Of a stretch of 64,000 nt of DNA, positions 44,214 to 51,821 are shown piece after piece. The position numbers and the translations under genes were made by a program. The first letter of the stretch is position 1, and every line of letters begins with the position of its first letter. The notes under the pieces were generated by a model. The model saw nothing but the letters and a program-made list of their open reading frames with translations. It did not search any database and was not told the DNA's origin. Source of the DNA: a virus; IMG/VR virus record IMGVR_UViG_3300014627_000002, positions 13,618-77,617 of that record. One strand, 5' to 3'.

Positions 44214-44250
44214 ATGTTTAAATGAACAAATAAACAAATGAACAATAAAA
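44214..44250 (+). promoter_or_regulatory. 8-bp-phased GAAC-box array, site G
   Basis: ATGTTTAAATGAACAAATAAACAAATGAACAATAAAA. Confidence 0.55.
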
Positions 44251-44294
44251 TCTATTTGATATAAATATTCTTTATCGTATTATTCTATGTAATA

Positions 44295-44315
44295 TTATGC
44301 GCATTAGTATAAAAT
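44295..44315 (+). promoter_or_regulatory. early-type promoter/operator
   Basis: TTATGCGCATTAGTATAAAAT is the same box as at 24558 and 34149. ATGCGCAT is palindromic. Confidence 0.55.
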
Positions 44316-44379
44316 AAGACATATTTTATAATTTAATGCATTATTTTTGCCGTTCTAACGGCGCAATGGAAACAAGACA

Positions 44380-45072
44380 ATGAAACAGCAATTTATTGCA
44401 GCAATGCAAAGCTTGGCAGATGGAGAAACTATTTTTCCTGCTAATAGTGAATTTTGGGAAAAGATTTTTAATGAAATCGATAGCGGCAAATTAAACAATA
44501 TTCAACGAGAATGGGATTTGGTGTACCGCACTATTGCTTTTCTTAATCGCACTCACTATGTAGCTGCTAAAGATTCAGCACTTGAACCCTATTCAGGCCG
44601 AAAACCGGTTGAAAATCTTGAAGTAGCCATAAGCCGTATGCTTTTAACGGCTATTGAGTACCGGCTACAACAAAAGAGCGTGGCAGTTATTTGTGATTCT
44701 CATGAAGAAAAACGCCGTTTTCAGCAGAAGTATGAAAACCTTCTTTTAAAAATAGGTTCACAAGAATTAGAAGAATATAGGGATGTGAATATTTTAGATG
44801 CAAAAGGTGGCATTGACTTTCTGGTCTATCAAGATTCTTTGAAATTTGACTGGCAGCAGATGCGTATACAGGGTTCTTACTGCACCTGTCTGGTATCGCC
44901 GTTTTTGATTCGTAACCGTTTTTCAAGCCAATTCCACGCTTATAACCGTTTTATGCATTGGCAGGCTCTCAGTCCTTTCGTAATGAAAGCAATGTGGTGG
45001 GAACACAATCCAAGTATATCTTTAGCTCGTCTTAATAAGACTGATCTGCCTAAAAACGGCGGTGAGGTATGA
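44380..45072 (+). CDS. hypothetical protein
   Basis: 230-aa ORF. Confidence 0.6.
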   Translation: MKQQFIAAMQSLADGETIFPANSEFWEKIFNEIDSGKLNNIQREWDLVYRTIAFLNRTHYVAAKDSALEPYSGRKPVENLEVAISRMLLTAIEYRLQQKSVAVICDSHEEKRRFQQKYENLLLKIGSQELEEYRDVNILDAKGGIDFLVYQDSLKFDWQQMRIQGSYCTCLVSPFLIRNRFSSQFHAYNRFMHWQALSPFVMKAMWWEHNPSISLARLNKTDLPKNGGEV

Positions 45073-45281
45073 AATATCAGATTGACGATAAGGTTGTTTT
45101 TAAAAGTAAAAGAAGGACTCCAAAAATCTGGACTGTAAAAGGAGATACAAACTGGCGGCCTAATCATATCTTGTTGAGCAATTCAGAAGACGGGTTGCTT
45201 CATCCCCACCATGAGGACGAAGTACGTCTAATCACAGATGAGGAGCAGAAAGCAGGTAGGCGGTTAGGAGGTAAGGTGTGA
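45069..45281 (+). CDS. hypothetical protein
   Basis: 70 aa with an ATGA overlap. Confidence 0.55.
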   Translation: MKYQIDDKVVFKSKRRTPKIWTVKGDTNWRPNHILLSNSEDGLLHPHHEDEVRLITDEEQKAGRRLGGKV

Positions 45282-45541
45282 ATCTAATTGAAAAATGCGG
45301 TGGACAAGGCCCAGCCGAAATAATTGCCGCTTTAGTGCTCTCAACTGTTGCATGCCCTGAAGGATATTTCCCTCAATTACAAAAATACTTTTCTGTAGTT
45401 GATGGCCATGTGTACCTCTACCACGAGAAAGAACGTCAATTTCTACCATATATGGATTTAGATAAGGTTTATCTCGACTACGTGTGGCTGAAAGATCTTA
45501 AAGCAGAACTCGAAGCATGTATGCAGGACGGTGCGGCATGA
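45278..45541 (+). CDS. hypothetical protein
   Basis: 87 aa with a GTG start overlapping the upstream stop. Confidence 0.5.
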   Translation: MNLIEKCGGQGPAEIIAALVLSTVACPEGYFPQLQKYFSVVDGHVYLYHEKERQFLPYMDLDKVYLDYVWLKDLKAELEACMQDGAA

Positions 45542-46605
45542 ATAAGATTTTATTTGGTGATTGCCGTGAAGTTATGGCCCGGCTGATTGATCAAGATATA
45601 AAGATTCAGACCTGTATTACTTCGCCGCCGTATTATGGCTTGCGTGATTATGGTGTAGATGGGCAGCTTGGACTCGAAGCCAGTGTAGATGAATACGTTC
45701 AGAATATGGTTGAAGTATTCCGGCTGGTACGTGAGCTGCTGCATGATGATGGCACACTTTGGTTAAATCTTGGTGACAGTTATGCAGGTTCCGGACGTGG
45801 TATGTCGAAAAAGGGGCTTAATGATGGAAAAAACCTTAAAACTAAGGGCTTGATATTACCTAGACAGAATATAGCGGAATCAAATTTAAAGCCGAAGGAC
45901 TTAATTGGTATTCCGTGGCGAGTCGCTTTTGCTTTACAGGCAGATGGCTGGTTTTTGCGACAAGATATAATTTGGCATAAACCTAACCCAATGCCAGAAA
46001 GCGTAACTGATCGCTGTGTTAAAGCACATGAATATATATTTCTTTTTAGCAAAGCTCGTAAATATTTCTTTGATCATGAGTCTATTAAAGAACCCCTAGC
46101 CGAAAGTTCACTAAAACGTATATCTCAAGATATTGAAAAACAGGCGGGGAGTAGTCGCGTTCCAGGTAAAACTAATGGACCAATGAAAGCAGTATTTAGA
46201 AGTAGTGGTAACAAGGCTCGCCGTTCCGGGACTGATCGTGGCTGTCCAGAGAATACAGGAAGTAATGTATGTGGCTCAATTCCCTGGGAGGGCATAACCA
46301 GAAATAAACGTAGTGTATGGACTGTCTCCAAAAAACCTTATAGCGGTGCGCATTTTGCAACATTTCCAATAGATTTAATTGAACCATGTGTTCTTGCAGG
46401 ATCTCGAGAGAATGATCTTGTACTTGATCCGTTTATGGGGTCTGGAACCACGGCGGCAGCGGCATTAAAACATGGGCGTAAATATGTCGGCTGTGAGTTA
46501 AATGAGCTGTACGGTCAGCTACAACAGGAACGTTTAAAAAAGTTGAATGAGGAAATTAAGTCTATTTCAAAACAACAAGACTTATTAGGTGGCATCACTT
46601 TATGA
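45538..46605 (+). CDS. DNA methyltransferase (N4C/N6A beta class, SPPY motif)
   Basis: CITSPPYYGLRDYG is motif IV. Also present are HKPNPMPESV and LVLDPFMGSGTTAAAA (motif I). ATG 45538 forms an ATGA overlap with the upstream gene. Confidence 0.85.
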   Translation: MNKILFGDCREVMARLIDQDIKIQTCITSPPYYGLRDYGVDGQLGLEASVDEYVQNMVEVFRLVRELLHDDGTLWLNLGDSYAGSGRGMSKKGLNDGKNLKTKGLILPRQNIAESNLKPKDLIGIPWRVAFALQADGWFLRQDIIWHKPNPMPESVTDRCVKAHEYIFLFSKARKYFFDHESIKEPLAESSLKRISQDIEKQAGSSRVPGKTNGPMKAVFRSSGNKARRSGTDRGCPENTGSNVCGSIPWEGITRNKRSVWTVSKKPYSGAHFATFPIDLIEPCVLAGSRENDLVLDPFMGSGTTAAAALKHGRKYVGCELNELYGQLQQERLKKLNEEIKSISKQQDLLGGITL

Positions 46606-47015
46606 GAAACCAGAATTTAAGGAAAGAAGTTAGGCACGGGATATTGAGTGGTTATCAACATTATGGCTGCCGTTGTGATCTTTGTAAAAAAGCAAAAAAA
46701 GAATATGAAAAGCAACGTGTCTTGAAGAAAGTGCCAGAACTGGTTGGACCTAAACCTATAAAACACGGGACAGGTACGGCGTACTCATATCACGGTTGTC
46801 GTTGTGAGGTTTGTTGCGCATATCACAGGGGCTATCAACGGTATTTGTATTTACAGAGGAAATCTCATGAAAACCTGCCAGATGAAAAGTTGCTGGAACC
46901 CTTAAATGAAATCAATAACCCATGTGGAACTGCTGAAAGTTATTCATTCGGATGCTCATGCAATCAGTGTTTAACAGAAGGTCGTCAATTATGGTTAAAA
47001 CAGGCGGTAATGTAA
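46602..47015 (+). CDS. triple (H/C)GT-x3-Y-x3-4-C-x-C-x2-C repeat protein, paralogue of 30300..30689
   Basis: The repeats are HGILSGYQHYGCRCDLC, HGTGTAYSYHGCRCEVC and CGTAESYSFGCSCNQC. It has an ATGA overlap with the methyltransferase stop. Confidence 0.7.
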   Translation: MRNQNLRKEVRHGILSGYQHYGCRCDLCKKAKKEYEKQRVLKKVPELVGPKPIKHGTGTAYSYHGCRCEVCCAYHRGYQRYLYLQRKSHENLPDEKLLEPLNEINNPCGTAESYSFGCSCNQCLTEGRQLWLKQAVM

Positions 47016-47551
47016 TGGATTTTCAGAAAGAAACAGAAGCGTTTTTAAGCAAACAACCGAAGGAAATAGCTCGAATATTTTCATTAATTGAGTTTTGCGA
47101 AAGTTTGAATATTTTTCGTTTTAAAGAAGCCAACACTAAATTGGACTTAGGCGTGGATTTACATATTCTTAATTACGGTTGGAGTATGTGGCAAGCCAGA
47201 GCCCAACCAGAACCGACTCTTTTAGAAAATGACTGCATGATTGATCAGGTATGGTTTATGAAGGGTACGCCAGTAATAAATTTAATTAAACATGCTGAAG
47301 GCGTTTATCAGGCTGAAGTAGCTACTCAAAACTCAAAAATTGAGTTTGGTACTGATGATAATAAAATTTGGTGGGCGCATGACGTTCCTTTCTACGGTCG
47401 GGTACAGCTAGAGCGTTTTGAAGAACACGGCATGACCGAGTGGGATATTCACTTCAACGAATGTTGGCAGGGACCATTTGACTCTAAGGCCAAAGCCATA
47501 GAGCACTTAGAGACGTGCATTGCAGAACAGCGCCAGGAACAGGGGGCTTAA
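47015..47551 (+). CDS. hypothetical protein
   Basis: ATG 47015 overlaps the upstream TAA by one base (TAATG). Confidence 0.6.
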   Translation: MDFQKETEAFLSKQPKEIARIFSLIEFCESLNIFRFKEANTKLDLGVDLHILNYGWSMWQARAQPEPTLLENDCMIDQVWFMKGTPVINLIKHAEGVYQAEVATQNSKIEFGTDDNKIWWAHDVPFYGRVQLERFEEHGMTEWDIHFNECWQGPFDSKAKAIEHLETCIAEQRQEQGA

Positions 47552-47553
47552 TA

Positions 47554-47862
47554 ATGAAAGCGACTGAGTTTGTTAAGGAATTTGGGTGGGAACGTGCGAA
47601 AAGAGAAGTTGCATTGATTGGAACGATTGCAGTTATTACAGGTGATCGAAACTGGTTGTCTGACTTAAAACGCCTTGTCGAGAGTCATGAGCTTGTCATT
47701 GTTTGGCGAATGCCTGAAGCCTGGAGCGGGGATTACGATGGGGATGTGAATGGCTTAGAGGGCGCAAATATGTACTTGGAAATGTACGGTAATTATGAGT
47801 TGGTGGGGGAAGAATTGGAGCGATTTAAACAAGCCATCGCAGACGTGGAGGCATGCCAATGA
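47554..47862 (+). CDS. hypothetical protein
   Basis: ATG 47554 lies 3 nt after the upstream stop. Confidence 0.55.
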   Translation: MKATEFVKEFGWERAKREVALIGTIAVITGDRNWLSDLKRLVESHELVIVWRMPEAWSGDYDGDVNGLEGANMYLEMYGNYELVGEELERFKQAIADVEACQ

Positions 47863-48302
47863 TTAAACAATTAGAACCAGCAGAAATTATCCGTGATCAA
47901 TACGGTTTTTGGATTCATCCAGTATTCAGTGAATATTTGAATCGTGTAATTGGTGATACTGAGTGTATGACAGGCGAACAGCATGAAGAATTAAAACGTT
48001 ATTTTAATGTTGAATTTTCAAAGGTTGAAATGGAGTTTGATGCTCCAGAAGAAATCGCTAGTCGTTATTGGGATCATGAAGAACTTGAAGCAGTCGCTTG
48101 CTGGAATCCAAATAAACCTAAAGGAGATTGTGATTGGTTTTTAGTGTCAATCAACGACACAGAGGATGGCCCCGTAGCTTGGTGGGCTAAACCTAAAAAC
48201 ACTATAGATAGCTTTATTAATGACGGCGGTTTTGACCAAGCATTTAAAGATGTATTTGATTTGCCTGACTCAGTTAAGCAAAGTTTGAAGGAAGTATCAT
48301 GA
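47853..48302 (+). CDS. hypothetical protein
   Basis: A strong SD, GGAGG, precedes ATG 47853. 149 aa, acidic. Confidence 0.6.
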   Translation: MPMIKQLEPAEIIRDQYGFWIHPVFSEYLNRVIGDTECMTGEQHEELKRYFNVEFSKVEMEFDAPEEIASRYWDHEELEAVACWNPNKPKGDCDWFLVSINDTEDGPVAWWAKPKNTIDSFINDGGFDQAFKDVFDLPDSVKQSLKEVS

Positions 48303-48524
48303 ATCTGATTGAGCAATTGGGTGGATATGATTTTGTTAAGGTAGCCATGTTCTGCACAGTAAGGATGAAAACATCCTATAACTTATTAAAGTAAGTTGCT
48401 AACCATCCCAACCTTCATAAGCTTTGAGGGTTGGCACAGATATATGAGATTGAGCTTTGTAGTTCATTAGCGTATGTCTTATAAGATATACAGCAGTATA
48501 TTATAAAAAAATAAAATTTCTTAA

Positions 48525-48782
48525 TTAATAAGTATGCTTTTCTAATGTACTAATTCGTTTAATTAATGACTCTTTAGAAACTTCTAGCTTAGCTACTATC
48601 TCTTCAAGATTGGATATCCTGTTTATTAAACTATTGGACTGATCATTATCTTGAAAAGTTGTTTCAAGCCGCAGAATAAGCTCAGTAGTTAATGTTCTCC
48701 CATTTTCCTTAGCGGCTTGATCCAGCTTATCTTTTAATTCGGCAGGGATTCTAAAATTAACTTGGGGGTCGGTGCGTGCCAT
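48525..48782 (-). CDS. Arc/MetJ-type ribbon-helix-helix protein with a C-terminal coiled coil
   Basis: PQVNFRIPAELKDKLDQAAKENGRTLTTELILRLE is an Arc-like pattern. It is an isolated leftward gene between rightward operons. Confidence 0.65.
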   Translation of the reverse strand: MARTDPQVNFRIPAELKDKLDQAAKENGRTLTTELILRLETTFQDNDQSNSLINRISNLEEIVAKLEVSKESLIKRISTLEKHTY

Positions 48783-48875
48783 ATATAAGTTCTAAAAAAA
48801 TATAAATAGAATATAATGTGCTATAAAGAAATAGTCAAAAATAAATGTGCACCAAGAATAAACAATTCAAAAAAT

Positions 48876-48916
48876 CAGGAATAGCTTTTAAACGCCGTTT
48901 TTATCTTGGCCAGAAT
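48876..48916 (+). promoter_or_regulatory. late-type promoter candidate (AGGAATA family, weaker A-run)
   Basis: CAGGAATAGCTTTTAAACG, then CAGAAT at positions 36-41. It lies upstream of the spanin genes. Confidence 0.4.
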
Positions 48917-48933
48917 ATAGTCATCCCATACAG

Positions 48934-49458
48934 GTGATGACTATGTTTAACGTAATCAAGAATCTTAAAGACTCAATAACCCTTATTTTGGTGCTGGTCC
49001 TGATTGGGCTTGTAGTGATTTCAATGACTACATGCTCACATTACAGGGACGCCGTAGCTGATCTTGAAGCTATAGCAAAACAGCAGATTGAACAAAATAA
49101 AGTATTGAAACTTCAATACCAGGCAGAAGCTTTACTTAAAGAGCTGGCTTGGAAAGAAAAGGAACGGCAAGCTTATGAAAAATTCACTCAAGAACTTCAG
49201 ACTATCAGCGCTTACTACACTGGTAATAAGCAGCTTCTTGATCGGTTGCAGTACAACACCACAGAAACCATCAAATATCTGTCCACAATGGAACCACAAG
49301 CCCGTGAGGACTACGTTAAGGCCCAATCAGACGGCGCTATCGAAGGTACAGCCTTACTTGTTGAAGCAGATCGAATTGCAAGAGAGTACGATGCAGAAAT
49401 CGAAAGAATAATTAAGAGCTGTTCAAGTGGTGAAGACCCGCCACAAGATCAGGAATAG
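48934..49458 (+). CDS. i-spanin (Rz-like)
   Basis: It has an N-terminal TM (ITLILVLVLIGLVVISM) followed by a long coiled-coil periplasmic domain. A lipoprotein ORF is embedded in its +1 frame. Confidence 0.65.
   Translation: MMTMFNVIKNLKDSITLILVLVLIGLVVISMTTCSHYRDAVADLEAIAKQQIEQNKVLKLQYQAEALLKELAWKEKERQAYEKFTQELQTISAYYTGNKQLLDRLQYNTTETIKYLSTMEPQAREDYVKAQSDGAIEGTALLVEADRIAREYDAEIERIIKSCSSGEDPPQDQE
49175..49411 (+). CDS. o-spanin (Rz1-like lipoprotein) embedded in the i-spanin gene
   Basis: It has a signal sequence with lipobox LIGC (..LVISSFLIGCSTTP) and a Pro-rich mature part. It lies wholly inside 48934..49458 in the +1 frame. Confidence 0.6.
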   Translation: MKNSLKNFRLSALTTLVISSFLIGCSTTPQKPSNICPQWNHKPVRTTLRPNQTALSKVQPYLLKQIELQESTMQKSKE

Positions 49459-49490
49459 AAAAAAAAGCGATTTTCTGTATCAACCACAAT
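49450..49490 (+). promoter_or_regulatory. late-type promoter candidate (AGGAATA family)
   Basis: CAGGAATAGAAAAAAAAGCGA, then CACAAT at positions 36-41. The motif contains the spanin stop codon. Confidence 0.5.
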
Positions 49491-49523
49491 AGCCCTAGAT
49501 AGAAATTATTTAGGGCTATTTTC

Positions 49524-50384
49524 ATGGCTGGACGTAAAACAAAACCGATTACTTTTAATCTCGCTGATCGTGGTCGCCAGTACACCGGTCAGGACCGTAG
49601 TAACGTAAGCCTGAAAGCATGGATTGATGTGTTCAATTCCAATGAAACACAGGAAATGATTGAAACAGGCAGTATGCTCGGCTATTACGGTCATCAAGTC
49701 CGTATGCTGTTCGGCCTGACACCGCCAGAAACCGTACTGGTAGATGGCAAGTTGATTACCATTAGTCCCGCCGTGCGCACGATTGAATTACATGCTGATC
49801 AGGACGGCAATGTTACCCATCGTGAAGAATTTTTAGATACGCCAGAGGGTGAATATGCACTACAAAAATATAAGGCTCGGGTAGGTGGTTTTAGCTTTGC
49901 GCATGATTATGTAGGCAGGGGTGGAGTAGTTATCCCGACATCATGCGGGGGCGCTGACTATGTTTTACAGCCCAACTATGCCGGCAATATCGGTGACGGC
50001 GTATTACTGGATGGAGTGCTTAAAGAAGGCTCTATACGCAATCTGATGGAGCTGGACCTGCTTCAGATGTATGACAGTATCCATGAAACTAATTTTGCAT
50101 TGCATTTAGCAGATAGCAATATGATGCGTGCAATCGAAAGTGAGAACAAACTTCTTGAATTTCAGGAAAATGAAAAGCGCCGCAAACAGTTAGTAGGGCA
50201 AAAAGAACAGAACCTACTTGATTCAGCTTTATGTCAAACAGTAAGTCTTGATGAATACATGCAGCATGGTAAAGCCTTCATTGCAGACGGCGTAAATGTC
50301 GTAACGAGTATTGAACCGAAGGAGAGTGAACCACACGACAGTAAGTTCAAGATCCGGACTGGCATTTTCGGTATGTTCGGATAA
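49524..50384 (+). CDS. virion morphogenesis protein (possible prohead protease/scaffold; uncertain)
   Basis: 286-aa first gene of a late-type operon that leads to the terminase. No catalytic motif was assigned with confidence. Confidence 0.55.
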   Translation: MAGRKTKPITFNLADRGRQYTGQDRSNVSLKAWIDVFNSNETQEMIETGSMLGYYGHQVRMLFGLTPPETVLVDGKLITISPAVRTIELHADQDGNVTHREEFLDTPEGEYALQKYKARVGGFSFAHDYVGRGGVVIPTSCGGADYVLQPNYAGNIGDGVLLDGVLKEGSIRNLMELDLLQMYDSIHETNFALHLADSNMMRAIESENKLLEFQENEKRRKQLVGQKEQNLLDSALCQTVSLDEYMQHGKAFIADGVNVVTSIEPKESEPHDSKFKIRTGIFGMFG

Positions 50385-50394
50385 GGGGCGCAAT

Positions 50395-51258
50395 ATGACT
50401 AGAGTATTGACGCCGCGTGAATCCGCTGCTCAGGCAATCGGAAAGCTTATTTTAGACTTTCGCTACTGGTTAGTACCTGAAACTAGCCTTCTAGCACGTT
50501 GGAAAACCCAGCAATTTGCTTATTTAGTCGCTGAAGGCCGCATGATTGACGATGCTAAGGCGCTAATAGACAGCATGCGTAAAGCTGAAATGACGGTCCC
50601 AGCCCTTATTTTTGCAATCAAGCATGTAGCTGCCCCGCCCGATCTGTCACAAGTGGTAGGTGTACCGTTTGAGCGAAAAGTAATACTCCCGTCTGACCCG
50701 TTAAAGCGTCAGGTATTACTACGCACAGAGCCAAGAACCTATCACATACAGTTCATGTTCTTGTGTAATGACCCGGATAGTGCAAATGCTTTTTCAAGCC
50801 AGTTTGCGTCTTATATTCGCTTAATAGAAAAACGCCGTATTCATGTCGAATACTTTTTGTCGCCTGATGTAAAACAGGCATGGCACCTCACCATTTTTGA
50901 TAATTCGATTTATCCAGACGAAATTGCTATTGAGGAAACCAATTTAACCGGTGCACTGATTGATTTTGATATGTCCGGACTGGTACCGCGTGCAATTAAA
51001 GGATTACCGCCGTTATATCCTGAAGATTTCGGACCGGGCAGTAATGTCGGGGGTGACGCAAATAATCCGAATAATCCAGGGAACGGCGGCAATAACCCGG
51101 GAGAAGGTAATGGTGAACCGCCAAAGCCGGGTACCGGTGCCGGATGGGGCAAAGTACTTGAAGCCAATATTCATACTGAGCCAGCACATCGTTTTATTCG
51201 TGTGAAACAAGATCCAGTAACCGGCCTGGTTACTGAAGAACTTCTTACAGAACTATAG
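50395..51258 (+). CDS. hypothetical virion-module protein with a Gly/Pro/Asn-rich C-terminal segment
   Basis: ATG 50395 sits behind AAGGGG. The low-complexity segment is PGSNVGGDANNPNNPGNGGNNPGEGNGEPPKPGTGAGWG. Confidence 0.6.
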   Translation: MTRVLTPRESAAQAIGKLILDFRYWLVPETSLLARWKTQQFAYLVAEGRMIDDAKALIDSMRKAEMTVPALIFAIKHVAAPPDLSQVVGVPFERKVILPSDPLKRQVLLRTEPRTYHIQFMFLCNDPDSANAFSSQFASYIRLIEKRRIHVEYFLSPDVKQAWHLTIFDNSIYPDEIAIEETNLTGALIDFDMSGLVPRAIKGLPPLYPEDFGPGSNVGGDANNPNNPGNGGNNPGEGNGEPPKPGTGAGWGKVLEANIHTEPAHRFIRVKQDPVTGLVTEELLTEL

Positions 51259-51267
51259 GCGGGAATT

Positions 51268-51810
51268 ATGAAGAATATATTCATTGATTGCCGTGTGGGT
51301 ATGTATGCAGAGAATGCAGTGCGTGTACTGGCCACTGTAGATGTTCAGAATGACACAGTAACCATTTCTCAGATTATGCCGTATTACCCGCCGGCAGACC
51401 CATTTAAGGATAAAACACCTCAACAAGTCGAAATAATCAAGATGATTAATAAGAACTCTGTAGTGGTGGTAGACAATCCTGACGCATTCAACAATTGGGA
51501 CCTAAGATTTATAGAAGAACAGCATTTGGGAGAAGCTGTTCAAGCCTATTACCTGCTGGAAAATACCAAGTCCTTAGTCCTGGATAAAGCCCTGACAAAT
51601 TTTAATCCTAGAAACATTTTAGAAACTCGAAAAATGGACATGAAGGGTAATGTTTATGAGCTTAACAGTGATGAAATCAATAACACCTATATGGTGGTGC
51701 TGATTGTATGCTGGGCTGCCGTTAAAGCACGTAATACGCACTCTATTACGGTGAATGAGTCACCTACTCAGGAAGATACAGACGAGTTTTTTGTACCTTT
51801 TTCAGTGTAG
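51268..51810 (+). CDS. hypothetical protein; small-terminase candidate by position only
   Basis: 180-aa ORF directly upstream of terL. Confidence 0.5.
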   Translation: MKNIFIDCRVGMYAENAVRVLATVDVQNDTVTISQIMPYYPPADPFKDKTPQQVEIIKMINKNSVVVVDNPDAFNNWDLRFIEEQHLGEAVQAYYLLENTKSLVLDKALTNFNPRNILETRKMDMKGNVYELNSDEINNTYMVVLIVCWAAVKARNTHSITVNESPTQEDTDEFFVPFSV

Positions 51811-51821
51811 TGGGGGCTTAA

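Noticed and set aside
48299-48394. A 31-codon ORF (MNLIEQLGGYDF..) whose first nine codons resemble the start of 45278..45541 (MNLIEKCGG..). It could be a truncated paralogue marking a module junction before the leftward Arc-like gene.
   Set aside because: The similarity covers only about 9 codons, which is too short to separate homology from chance without a database comparison.
50910-51210. A cluster of 63-85-aa ORFs in several frames on both strands.
   Set aside because: They fall in the Gly/Pro/Asn low-complexity segment of 50395..51258 and are composition artefacts.
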